Positions 52,108 to 64,000 of a stretch of 64,000 nt of DNA are shown here, piece after piece; position 1 is the stretch's first letter, and each line of letters begins with the position of its first letter. The translations under genes and the position numbers were made by a program. The DNA lies in assembly GCA_013265495.1 (NCBI GenBank), contig MU057700.1, forward strand, positions 186,001 through 250,000. The letters run 5' to 3'. The notes below the pieces were generated by a model. The model made no database searches and was not told where the DNA came from. It saw only the letters and a program-made list of their open reading frames with translations. The DNA is from Vicugna vicugna. Taxonomy: Eukaryota.

Positions 52108-53854
52108 GGAGGGGAGGGGATTCTGACCAGCCCTCTGTCCCAAGGCCTCTGCTGAGCATCTCACTAATACCTGACTTAATTTAATGCTGTAAACGTTTCT
52201 TATTTTTGGTGCTGGCATCATTACACCAGTTTTGCTGATGAGCCTCTTGGTCCTGGGGAGAGAGGCGAAGGCAGAATTTGAACCCAGATCTTTCCTCTGT
52301 GCCAAAGAGCACTTTGGTGATGTGGAGTAGGTGATGTGCTTCTTTGGTGCCTCTCTTCCTTTTCCTGTGCCCTTCCAGGCCCTGAGGTGGCTCTCACCTC
52401 TTTCCTGATGTTGACCGTGACCTACCTCCATCCCTGTGCTTCTCTGAACTCACACTCACACCTCGGGTCTCAGCTTGGCCAGGGCTCCTAGCAGGAGCTT
52501 CTTAACCTCCTGGGGCGGGTGAAGTGCCCTTTCTCTGGGGCTGTAGGGCCCCAGGGTCTTGTGATGGTGGTAACTAGCTCCCTGGGCGCTCTTCTAAGTG
52601 CTTTGCCTGTGTCCATTTAGCTCACACATACCTTTGAAAGGCATGGCTTAGGTCAGATTCCCCAGATGCAGAGACTAATGGAGGTTCTGATGCATGGGGT
52701 GCAGAAGGTGTGCTCTCAGGGGGCCAGCAAGCAGGTAGGAAAGGGGAGGAGACCGTTTCAGGCTAAGCCTCTTCTGACCCTAACTGCATGGGGGACTTCG
52801 GAGTGCAGACTGCACTGCCAGCTTGTCCTGTGAGGCAGGGGACAGGCTCTGTCCCCTCTACTGCTCAGCTCTTGGCTGCTGGCCCCTCCAGTCCTCTGGA
52901 GAAGGTTGCAGGTGTGAATGGCACGGTGTGCTGGCCGCCCTAGGGGACAGGTGCCCCAGGCTGGTAGGGGGTCTTAGCAATCTAGGTGAGCCCCAGTAAC
53001 ACCCTGCCGCAGGTGCCACTATCACCCCTGTCACCCCCCACCCCAGGCAAGAGGCTGCCTGCTTTCTCCGTAGTCCTTGAGGGGCTTGGTGTGCAACCTC
53101 AGGTCCAGCCTGCTTCTGCCTGTGGCGTCCTGTGGTCTGGCTCCCACGGCCCTGGCCACTTGGCCATGATGCCTCATCTTCCTGGGTGCATCTGCATGCG
53201 CCTGAGTCCTCTGCTTTGTGCTGCTCACTGTGGGGCCCCTGGACTGAGGGCTGTGCTGGTGCACGGAGGGGCTCTGTCAGTTTGTCCAGAGACCTGACCA
53301 ACAATCACGGTTGTCAGCCTGGGCTCCATGGCGGGACGCTGGGCAGCCAGAGGTGGGAGAGCCTAAGACTGAGGGCTGTCCAGAGCCCACCAGACCCAAG
53401 AGAGGGTCCTGGCACCAGGCCAGTGAGGGTAGTGTGGGGTGAGGGGCCCTGGCCTGGCTGTCTGGGGCCCACATTCCAGCCCCCGCCCCGTCTCATCGCC
53501 CACCCACCGCTGTCCTGCCCAGGGCTGATTGGCTCCCTGGGGTCCCCACTCTGGTATGGCCAGCAGTAGGAGGGCCCACAAGCTCTTCCTGGCTTCTTGC
53601 AGCCCAGCTCAGGGGTGGCAGCACAGGGCACTGACCTGGAGGAGGCAGATGATTAGGGGCAAGTGAAAGATGGGCTATGAGCCTGGCCCCTGAGAGTGCC
53701 CTGGGGCAGCATCCTCTGGTAGCCCACCCTATACCTGCTGGGCCCCCCACAGTGCCCTGCCATCCACGCCACTGGCCTGCCCAAGCCACGCTGTTCCCCT
53801 CTTCCCAACCCCATCCCCTCCTTATCCTGTTTTGTCTTCCCTGTTGCACACTTT

Positions 53855-54125
53855 TCACCCCTTAGTTACATTAGCCATATATTTTTTAAAATTGCAGTCA
53901 GTTGCAATCTGTTAGTTTCTGGTGTACAGCATAATGTTTCAGTCATACATGTACATACATATATTCGTATATTTGTTTCTGTATTCTTTTTCAATAGGTT
54001 ACTACAGGATGCTGGATATAGATAGATAAATTTTTATGTATTTTATATATAGTAGTTAATATTTGTGAATTTCAAACTCCCAATTTATTCCTTCCCACCC
54101 GCTTTCCCCCCAGTAACCATAAGTT
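53855..54125 (-). mobile_element. Short L1 3' UTR insertion
   Basis: 15-bp TSD cctgttgcacacttt (53840-53854) / cctattgcacacttt (54126-54140). Confidence 0.8.
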
Positions 54126-57099
54126 CCTATTGCACACTTTGAACTTTTCTTCCTCTGTGCTCCAAATGGCGCTCCTTCCTATCAAGAATGGTCCAGGGAG
54201 GGCCCTAAAGCCTCTCGGTTTGCTTGGCCACATTCAAACCTGTATCTAACAGTGCCTCAGCTCTGGGCCCCTGGAGCAGCTTTGGGCGGGAGGCCCTCCT
54301 GTCAGCACCTGGCCACCTGGCCTGGGAGGGCAGGGTGCCTGTCACTGTGGCCGGAGGGGCCTGGCATGAGCACAGCCTGGCGGTGAGTGGACACAGGTGG
54401 TCCAGCTAGCTCCAAAGCTCTTCCCTATGATGCTGGGGATCTCCAGTTTTCATAGATTGGTAGCCTCAGCGGCATTTTTCGTAGAAGGTTCCAGTGCTCA
54501 TGATGCTACTTCAGTCTTCGAGGTTCCAGATGCTGGAGGACTCAGGGTCCCCTCTGAGACAGGAGCTAGGGCCAGGAGGACAGAAACGGACCCACTGGGG
54601 GTTACAGAAAGGGTCACTTCTTTTTCAGTCAGGGTCACATGGCTAAGAGGTTGCAGAGTAAGCTTTGGAGCCCAGGCCTGCCTGATGCCCAGGTCCAAAG
54701 GCTCTGCCCCCAAACCCAGCAAGTAATGAGATTGAGCTGGGGGTCCCAGCCCCCTCCCACCGAAGCCCCTCTGGTCCCATAAAGTGGAGGCAGAGTGGGG
54801 CTTCAGGGAAGTGGTAGCCTCTGTGCCCAAACCTGCCCATCCTGACTCCCTCTGGCTGCCTTCTCCAGCCTGAGCTTAGCCCAGACCCCCTCTGCAACCT
54901 GCCCCCGGCACCTGGTGTGGCCACAGGAAATGCACTGCAACCTATGGCTTCAGATGCAATGTGGCAGGTGGCTTCCTGGGTTGTCCCCCTGAGGGCTGTC
55001 CCCCTGTTAACTGAGGGCTGTGAGTACCAGGTGAGCCATGAGTGTGAGGGCAGGGCAAAGGGAGAAGGGCCCTGACCGGGCCGGACCTCAGCGCTCACGC
55101 TGCCCCAGCAGGAGGGTGTACAGACCTGGCCCTGCCCTTCACCTCAGGCCTCTGGACAGGCTGGCTCGTTTGGCAGTGCTGGTTTTGGACATTTCCGCCC
55201 GTGAGTCCCCCATCTCCCACACACGCCTACTCAGATGATCCTGAGTTGAACTGAATTAAACTGCTCCTGTGTTTCCCCATCTTTTGGTAACGGGTTGACT
55301 AAAACAGGGTTTTCAGAGCCCCGGGTCCCTGATTGGCTCAGGGGCGGACAGGCCTCTGTCTGTGCTCCCAGACACACCCATCCCCCTGTCCCCTGCTCAC
55401 CTGGGATGTGTGACTTGTGCCAGGGGTTGTAAATGTTGGAAACTTCCGAGCCTCTGCAGCTCTGACGTCAGAGGCCCTCGTGTCCTGGCCCCAGCCTACC
55501 ACCCTTACCAGGCTGCAGCCGGGTACCTTGGCTGGAAACATGACTGCCTGGTCTGCCTGGCCCTGGGTGGTGGGAGGAGGGCGGCTGTGGCCCCATGAGT
55601 CTGCCAGTCCCACGGGAGCACACCCATCCCAGGCCAGCAGGGATGGCCGGAACAGGGCCCACATGTCCCCTGTGGGAACCCAGAGAAGAGGAACCCAGCT
55701 TCAGTCAGCTACTTTATTGCAGGAATAAAAGTGATAAACAGCCTAGTGAGACCGTTACCCAGGCTGGTGTTAGAGGATGATAATGTGCCTGTCCCAGGGC
55801 TGCTTGAAAAGGAGAGGGTGCATGGACTCTGGAAGCTGTCATTGCCCAGTTCTCTGTGCATGCGTGGCCGGGCTAGGGAGGAAGGGGAGGCCTGGGCAGA
55901 AGCATTGCTTCACAGGACACTGGTGCTGAATCGGTCTTCAGGCCATATAGGACAGAGTTGGCGACTGGGACGCAGAGGAGTGTGGGCTCAGGTGTCCACA
56001 GAGTGAGACGGATGTGGAGGGGTGGCATGGACCCAGGCCTGCCCTCCTTACCACATTACTGTGACCACTAGAGTCACATAAGACCCACATGCCAAGGTGC
56101 GGCGCACCTCTCCCCTCCCTGAGTTGGACTCAGGCAAAGCCCCTGAAGAACCCAGAGAGCCTAGGCAGGTGTCCAGTCATCATCCTGTCGTGGGGGTGCG
56201 TGCGGGAAGCTGTGTGCCAGGCCGGGCCCAGGCTCTGGGAGTGCAGACAAAATCCAATAATAGATAGAGAACAGCACAACAGGTCATTAGGGGGCTATTG
56301 GTGGGGGCAGGAGGTGCTGGGGTCTTCCATGTAGGGTAGAGTGAGCAGCACAGCATCACGGGGAAGGCTTTGCAGGGAGGAGGGAGGATGCCGTGTGGAC
56401 ATCGGGAGGCAGGGACTTCCCTGCAGAGGGACGAGCTATTCCCAGGTTCCGAAATGGATGCATACTAGTGTGTCTTGAAATGCCAGGAAAGTGGGGGGGG
56501 GGGACACAGTCCACTGATGACAGGTCATCCTGAGGTGAGCCAGGGGACTTGTGGCTTGACTGAGGTCTCACGCCACCTCCATGGCTCACCCATATCCACG
56601 CGTGTATGGCTCCAGCAGAGGGGCAGCTGATCTGCCACACTAGCTATGTCCCAGCCCCAATGTGGACAGTCCTGTCCCCCCCCCTTGGGGGGCCTGCTTG
56701 GGGACGGGGCTAAGATCAAGGGAGTCGTATTGAGTGTGGGGTGCTCTTGGAATCACTGAGAGGCATGGCTTGTGTGTGGTCATGTGGGTGGAAATTCTCC
56801 CCAGCTCTTCCTTTTCCTTGAATTTCCTTTCCTCTCCATTTGCAAATCCCGGTATTGTATTTATTTTAATAGCATTCAAAAAGTAAGATGGATCGACGTG
56901 GAGCACGTCTCCTCCCATCCCTGGCCAGCTCTCGCCTCCTCCCAGCTGCGGTTATCTGTTTCCTGAGCACCCGTCCACCTGTCTGGTCCCTGCACACCGG
57001 CAGCACATCAGTTCTTGTCATGCACGTGGCGGCAACGGCCAAGCACTGGCTTGGCTTCACCTCAGAGCCCCTATCTCAGCGTGCCTAGAGTAGCCTTGA

Positions 57100-58600
57100 T
57101 GTTTTGAGCACCTGTGCGGTCTCCTCATGATGCATGTGTGATAAACCGTTCATCCAGGTGCTGAAAGGTGGCCATTCAGGCTGTGTCCGCTCTCCTTTTA
57201 TAAGCAGGGCTGCAGTGAGGATCCATGCACAGGTATCATTTTGCTTGAGTGTGAGCACAGGTGTAGGATAAATCCCTAGGCATGGAGTAGAAGGGTGAAA
57301 TGGAGGTGCAATGATGATTTTGATAATTTTTGCCAAACTGTTGTCCACAGCGACTCTAATTTATACCTCTACCAGTGATGTATTTGAGTACCTGGAGCTC
57401 CCGCATCCCCTTATCTTTGCCAGTCTGACAGGGAGAAATGGTATCTCGTTGCAATTTTAGTTAGCATTTCTCTTACAGTGAATGAGATTGACCGTATTTT
57501 TATATGTATAAGATCCACTGGTATTCTCTATTTGGTGAACTGGTGTTTAAATTATTAACCTTCTTAATAATAACCTTATATATTTCTGTGGGGTTGATGG
57601 CAGTTTTCTTACTGATTCATAGAAGTTCTCTAAATATTAGGAAACGTACTTTGGAGTGTGAATTGTAGATCTTTCCCCCGAATTACTGTGTTTTCATTTT
57701 GTTTGTTACGATTTTTGCCAGGCAAAGTTTTAAAAAATGTATGTAGCCAGAACCATCATTTTTAAAAATGGTTTTGGGGCTTTGTAACATACACGAAATC
57801 ATGTGAAATTACTATTTCTGTAGGCAATAATGCTTGTCTGCTAATACTTTCATGGGATTCAAACTAACAGAAAAGCCTTCTCTTCTGTGAAACTATAGAG
57901 CAATTCTCGTGTGTTCTTCACGTAGGTTTACTATTTCATTTTTTTTGAATGTGAATATTTGATCCATCTGCTGGACTCCAACTTAATTTTTTTCCAGATG
58001 GCCACCCATTTGTCTGACACCACTTCTAATTACCTTTTCTTCAGTGATTTGAAATCTCACCTTTATCATATACTGAGCTGCCATATGTGTTTGGGGTTAT
58101 TTCTAGACTTTCTTGTTGGCTTCATTGCTCTGACTGTATATTCATGTGCTGGTACCATGTTTTACATTTAACCATTATTATGAAAATTAAGTTGCAATGA
58201 AAGTTAAAGAGAATAGAATAATGAACCCACGTATTCTCATTCCCCGGATTCAGCAGTTAAGATTTTACCAGCTTGCTTCACTTGCACATTTTCTTCCTCC
58301 CTCCCTCCCTCTTTCTTGTCTTTTCCTTTTCTATTATTCTTTTTCCTGAGCTCCATAATTTGCCCCTAGATACTCTGGTATAGATCTCTAAAGCAAACAA
58401 ACAAGGCCATTTTCAAACACAACCACACGGTCAGTAGCACACTTCACAAAATTAACAGCAATTCCTTGCTATCATCCAACACCCAGTACACACGCAGTTT
58501 TCCTTAATTGTCTTGAAAATGCCTTTGGCAGTCAGTTTGTAAAATTGGGAACCAAATTAAATCCACATGTGGCATTTGGTTTGCATTGTTCTTTTCCTTT
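57100..58600 (-). mobile_element. Highly degenerate old L1 (L1ME-like) fragments
   Basis: ORF 57085-57348 contains L1 ORF2-like PSTPCLGIYP...TAALLI; AT-rich antisense L1 motifs. Confidence 0.6.
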
Positions 58601-58701
58601 TTCTTTTTTTTTAATTGAAGTATAGTCAGTTACAAGTTGTCAATTTCTGGTATACAGCGTAATGTCTCAGTCATGCATACATATGCATAGATTCGTTTTC
58701 A
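58594..58701 (-). mobile_element. Short (~108 bp) L1 3' end insertion
   Basis: Perfect 18-bp TSD ttggtttgcattgttctt (58576-58593 / 58702-58719) and a T-rich tail. Confidence 0.88.
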
Positions 58702-60959
58702 TTGGTTTGCATTGTTCTTAAGCCTCTTGAATCTAAAGCAGCCCCTTCTTCCCTGATCACCTTTTTTATAAAGCCATTGGCTTGTTGCAGAAACTTGGTG
58801 AGCTGTCTGTGGAAGGTCCTATTTTCAAGACTTGTCTGTTTGCTTCCTCTCAGTGTCGTTGAACTGGTTCCTCCACTCCTGGTATTTCCTCTGGACTGGA
58901 ATTTAGCTCAAACAACTCCATTTTGTGGGGGTTCATGTTTTCTTAGCAACAGTGCTTCATGGTGCTGCTATATTCTTTGCATCGCATCGTAGCCGGAGTC
59001 TATATCATGGTGGGTCTTGTTGCAGTGGGCGTGAACGTGGGGGAGATAGACCCTCCTGCCCTGGCATTCATTTGTCCATCCTTCTGACTGTTTCAGCCAT
59101 TGACAGCCACTGTCTGAGTATGACATCCAGGGTTGTAACATGGAACCTTTCTAACTGTTCCTTCTGAATGCATTTGTGGAATTCTAATATGAAAAAATGT
59201 TCCCTCATCAACCAGGGCTATTTGGGTTTAATCATCTCATTAAAAATGGAGGATAAGTGCTCAATTCTTTCCTTTGCCGACACGAGTTTCTTCTGATCTT
59301 TGCAATTTGTGCTTGTTTTCCTAACTCAGCAGCCTCACCTGACCACACTCCTTTTCAAGTTTTCATTACCATTTTTTTCAGGGATAGCCCTGTATTTACT
59401 GTAGAATCCCTTTATCTGGTAGGTCTTAGCCTTGTTAACTGTGCTGGTATTTACTGTGGTTATCACTGAGTCTCAGTCAGACGGTTTCCTCATTGTGATG
59501 TCACACCCATGAGGTTTCGCATCAGTCCTGATATACCGAGGGGCAGTCTTACAGCAGGTGAGGTTTGTTTTTCCCCCGAATGCTAGATCTTGTCGGAGCA
59601 GAAATGCCTGCAAACGTTTGGGAGGCTGGTGAAGAGGCTGCATGGAGTAAGGCCCGCCTGGGACATGGGGAGAAGTGCCTCCCAGCTGTCTTGTCTTCTC
59701 TCTGTCCATGGATGTGAGCCATCGGTGCATTAGGAGAGGGGGTAGGAGGGGAAGCTGAAGGCCCGTGCAGGCACCACCACCTATCGAAACCAAAGAGGCT
59801 CCTTTGCAAGGTTGAGACAAGGAGCATCTCAGGATGTGGCAGGGCTCCCAGCTGGAGGAGAACCTGGAGCACTGAGGGAGGCGGGGCACACACGCAGTCC
59901 CTACAGAAGCTGGGTATTCCCAGTGAAGGGCCTGAGGTGACATGGATGCATGATGAAGGGCCTTGGGAGCTGGTCCGGTGCAGCCCCTGGAGGCGCAGAC
60001 CTGGGTCTTATGGGAAGGAAGGGTCTGTTGGGGCAGGGCCTGTGGGAAAGGCCAGCACAGAGGGTCCCTGGACTCCAGACTCCAGATCATCGCCCAGCTC
60101 CATCCATGCTGACGTTTGGGGGTCTGAGCCTTGCCCCTGTCCTGCCTTTGGGGTCTGATGAGGCCCCCTACGGATGGGATGATGCTGGTGTGGATGATGG
60201 GCAGTGAGCAGGGGTCTCTGACTTCACTGGCCAGAAGAAGCCACTGGGAGTAGAATCCACATCTAGGAGCTTTCTTGCCTCTCTCTGACTTTCACAGCCC
60301 GGCCTCGTCCCAGGCTTGGAGCTGAGGCACCAACTGCGAGGGTGTGGTGGTACCTGAACGAAGGGTTCCTAGTGTTCAGGTGGCCTTGTCTTCCCTCCCC
60401 TCCCACCCCAGGCACTCGGACCCAGATGTCTGTTGACTGAGTGAACAGGTGGAAGCTGCCTCCCCCAACATTGCAGTGCCGAGGCCACCAGGGTGGGCAC
60501 ACTGGCGGGCCATCTGGACTGCTGCACATCTGAGTCAGCACTGTGATGGGGCATCCAGAGGTGTGTGACCGATCACAGGGGTTTGCTCTGCTGGGGGTTG
60601 AGAGTCTCCCCTGAGGTGAAGCATTGAGGAGATTGGTGGGCAGTGGACCAGGGACCAGAGGCGGGAGCAAGCACAGTGTGGGGGAAGCGAGTTTCTTGAA
60701 GCTCCCAGGACCACCTGTCTGATGTGGGGGGCAGTGGGGGCAAGGGCACAGCAGGCCCAGGGCTTCCTGCTTCGCAGGCTGGGGTGTTCTTCCCCCACAG
60801 TGTGGCCTTCATCCCAGCCACCTGCTTCCTAGCCCTGCCCAGCCTGGCCTGGGCTCCTGCTGACCCGGAGGCTGCCTCTGGCCGGGAGGGGCGCCGGGCT
60901 TTGAGCACAGTGCCTCCTTCTTTCTGTTCTCAAGCCATCTCCCAGCTGTGAGTTTAGAT

Positions 60960-61142
60960 CAGTTCTTAAAGAGGGGTCCCAGGACAGCAGCATCAGCATC
61001 CCCTAGGATTACGTTAGAAACGGGGGTTCTCAGGCTCCGCCCCAGACCTCCTGAATCAGATGCTGTAGGGGAGGGGGTTGCAGTAAGTGTTTTCATAAAC
61101 CCCCCAGGGGATTCTGATCTCTTTTAAAGTCTGGGAACACTT
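60960..61142. mobile_element. MER5A-like hAT DNA transposon
   Basis: 'cagcagcatcagcatc...gttagaaa...tctcaggctccgccccagacctcctgaatcaga'. Confidence 0.8.
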
Positions 61143-64000
61143 TGCAAGAGGAAACAGACCAGCCTCGGGGTTCAGGCCTGGACAGGAATAAGACTCTTCC
61201 TCTTGGTTCTGGAATCCTCCCAGACCACAGCTTGCAGATCTGAGCCCACCAAGCCCTACTGAACTCTAAGCCTGCTCCCAGATGCTGACCCTCCAGGGAG
61301 GGCCAGCCCAGAATGTCCAGTCAACTTGGGACCTGGACACTCACTGTAATGGGGCCCAAAGGCCGCAGTGCAGGGACCTTTGAGTTCAACAGCAAGCAGG
61401 AACTTTTCATTGCATTTGCCTTGGTCTCTGGAGAGCTGCCCAGTGGCGTTCGGCCAACCCTCAGCCTCAGTCACAGAATCACGGGGCAGAATCGTGGGGG
61501 CAGACAGGGTCGACTGCACCCTTGGAATGGCCCTCAGGGGCTGTGGTCTGTGCCTTTACCTAAAACCCTTTTGGGAGGTTAGTGGCTGGCCCAGGGCCAG
61601 GACGTGGGGGAGCTCACTTCCCAGGTCATCCCTGCCTGTCAGCCCCCCACACTCAGCTTAGACAATCACTCGGGTGTCACTGAACCCAGTTACTTACTGA
61701 GCACAGATGAATCAGATTTCCTGTAATTGGCATCAGGAACTTGGGAGCTTAGAAGGGTTTCCTGGATACTTGGGGGCTAGATGTCTCTTGTTGGCATCTA
61801 TCTCCTTGCCTAGGGCAAAACAACATTTGGGGCCAAGAAGCCGCTGCATTAGTGGGAGGTCGTACCTGGTGGAGACTTTCCCTAAATGGATCATTTGACA
61901 AAGGATCTCTGACTCTGGGTAAAGAAGAGGGTGGGATGAGAGCTTTCATATGAGACCTTTTCATTCTCAAAGATGCCCTAGGACAGTGGCCTTCTCCAGT
62001 TCTATGGAAGCACAGAGCAGGCTCAGAGAGGCTGGGGAACCCAGTGGAAGTCACTCAGCAGTGAGGGTCAGAACCGGGACTCAGACCCGGCCTGGCTGTC
62101 TCCAGAGCTCCAGGCCCTCTCATCAGGCAGAGCACAAGCCTCAGCCTCTAGAAGCAAGTGTAAAATCTGTGGTTCCTCCCTTCCCCTCTCCCAGAAATAC
62201 AGGGAGAAATATTTAGTCGTTAAAGAACAAGTTAAATTGATGCCTTTATCATGGGATTTGCTGGAACCGTAGTGTGCTCATTTGGTTTCTGAAGCTTCGG
62301 AAGGGAACAGAGTGAACCAAATCTCCAGTCTCCTGGGAGGAGATACCCTGTGTGAGGGGCCCTGGGCTGGGCAGCTGCACAGGCAGCTGTGGGCCAAGGC
62401 CCTGGGAGCAGTGTCTGAGAGACTGGGACCTCACCGCAGCATGGTCCTCCTAGTCTGACCGCTGGCCTCGTGGTGCTGGAGGTGCCATGGTGGGAAAGAC
62501 AGGTTCCATGGTGTGGCCTTGGGGACCACAGCCTGGCTACCCGCCTTCCTCTGGGTGGCGGGCCAAGGCTGAGTCAGACCTGGCAAGTAGGGGGTCTTTG
62601 TCAAGAGTAGACAGCCCCCACAAGATCCAGAATGGTCACTGGGGAGACGGCTCATTCGGAGATTCTGTCCACGCAGGGGCCCAGACTGTAGCTCTTGCCC
62701 TTCTGGCTCTAGGCCCAGCACAGCAGGGGGCCCTTCATTAAGTGTCAGGGCAAGTGAGCAGAATTGTCCCCAAGACAGGCATTCACTGAGAGCTCAAGGG
62801 TGGACCTCACCCGCCTGGCTGACCTCCAAGCCCTCATCGTCTCTAGGATCCTGGGCAGATGTGGGTGGAGTTATAGCCCAGGGAGGGTCAGCGACAGGAG
62901 CCCCTGGCCCTTCACAGCCCAAGGGGAGTCCCAGGTTGGGGAGGATACATCCGATGTGGTGAGACCACACTCCATTCATTCACCCCTAAGGCATGTTCAC
63001 TGTCCAGGGAGCCCTGGTCAGCCTCCTGCCCACCAATATTTTTCTCTTTACCCCTCCCTCCAGTTCCCCACAGTGCCCCCTCCAGTGGTGTCCACTTCAT
63101 CATGGATGCCATGTCACCTCCCTGCTCTGTGCATCCTCAGCCCGACCTTTGCTTACCCACTGACTGATGGCAGGCGAATGCCTCCCACCCCTCCCCCAGC
63201 GAAGCCATTGCCCTTGCTCTGTGCTTGGGTCCTCGGCCTCGCCCTGCCCTCTGTTCCACTCCCCAGGCCTGGTCCCTGAGACCTGTGCTCTCGGCCACTT
63301 CATATCCCAGGTCCGGAGCCAAAGTCCTGGCCAGGCTGGTGGCCTGGGGCCGAGGCCTGCCTGGGTCTTCATGAGCCCTGGCTCAGGCTGGGTCCTGCCC
63401 TGGGGCTGCCCTGACTCTGGTTGGGGCACATCCTCTGTCCCACGTCTGGCGGTTGTGCCCACCAAGCCCCCACCTCCTGCCGGTTACCACACCCGGGACT
63501 GCACCCCTCCTGACTTCCACCTTCCTCCCTTGGGGGAACAAAATGCCACAGAGTCGAAGTCTGAGGAAGCTGGAGCCCAGACCAGGGATGTCTGGAGTCT
63601 TTTCCGTAGAAAGGAAGTGTCTGTCCGCAGGGCCTCCCTCAGCCTCGCCTGTGGCCGCGGCCCTCAGAGGCCCACCTGCCCTCTGGTCTGGGAGGTGCAG
63701 ACATGGGCTGTGGGCATTCCGGGCTCAGTGGGGCAGGCCCAGATCTGCTCCGTGGGGTGCTCTCCTCGGGGTGTGGGCAGAGGACCGATGATACCTGTGC
63801 TGACATAGGACATACGGGACTTTGTGAGCGTCTCACGTGCAGTAACTCAGCTAATCCTGAGAGGCAGGGCCCTTCCCACCCCCATCTTACAGGTGAGGAG
63901 ACTAAGAGGTTAAGGGCTGGCCAGGGGTGTGGGCAGGCCCCAGGCTGTGCTGTTGACTGCAGGGGAGAAGGGGATGCTGCAGAGGTAGCTCTGGCAAAGG

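Noticed and set aside
55911..55930. Second RE1 candidate (TTCAGCACC on the minus strand)
   Set aside because: Left half-site only; the GGACAG right half is missing at canonical spacing.
1..64000. CRISPR arrays, operons, rRNA or other prokaryote-type systems
   Set aside because: The sequence is mammalian; I saw no regularly spaced repeat-spacer array or rRNA-like sequence.

Overview
Repeat-rich mammalian genomic DNA, probably camelid (tRNA-Ala-derived Vic-1-type SINEs and matching L1 3' UTRs). I can support no intact protein-coding gene. The first ~44 kb is intergenic and dominated by L1, L2, MIR, MaLR and ERV1 LTR fragments. It also holds a processed STYX pseudogene (minus strand, 16381-18790, 16-bp TSD) and a canonical REST/RE1 site (27405-27425). 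A CpG island at ~44.4-45.4 kb carries the probable first exon of a plus-strand gene that I cannot name, and the rest of the window looks like its first intron. The most unusual observation is a 312-bp antisense L1 segment inside the STYX retrocopy. It has no TSD or poly(A), sits at the apparent exon 1/exon 2 junction, and ends exactly at the L1's cryptic splice acceptor and donor. It looks like a fossil of an L1-derived poison exon that was spliced into the parental STYX mRNA before retrotransposition. A cluster of MER41-like LTRs, two with intact GAS motifs, lies 4-10 kb upstream of the CpG-island promoter. Repeat family names come from visual recognition, and boundaries without a stated TSD are approximate.
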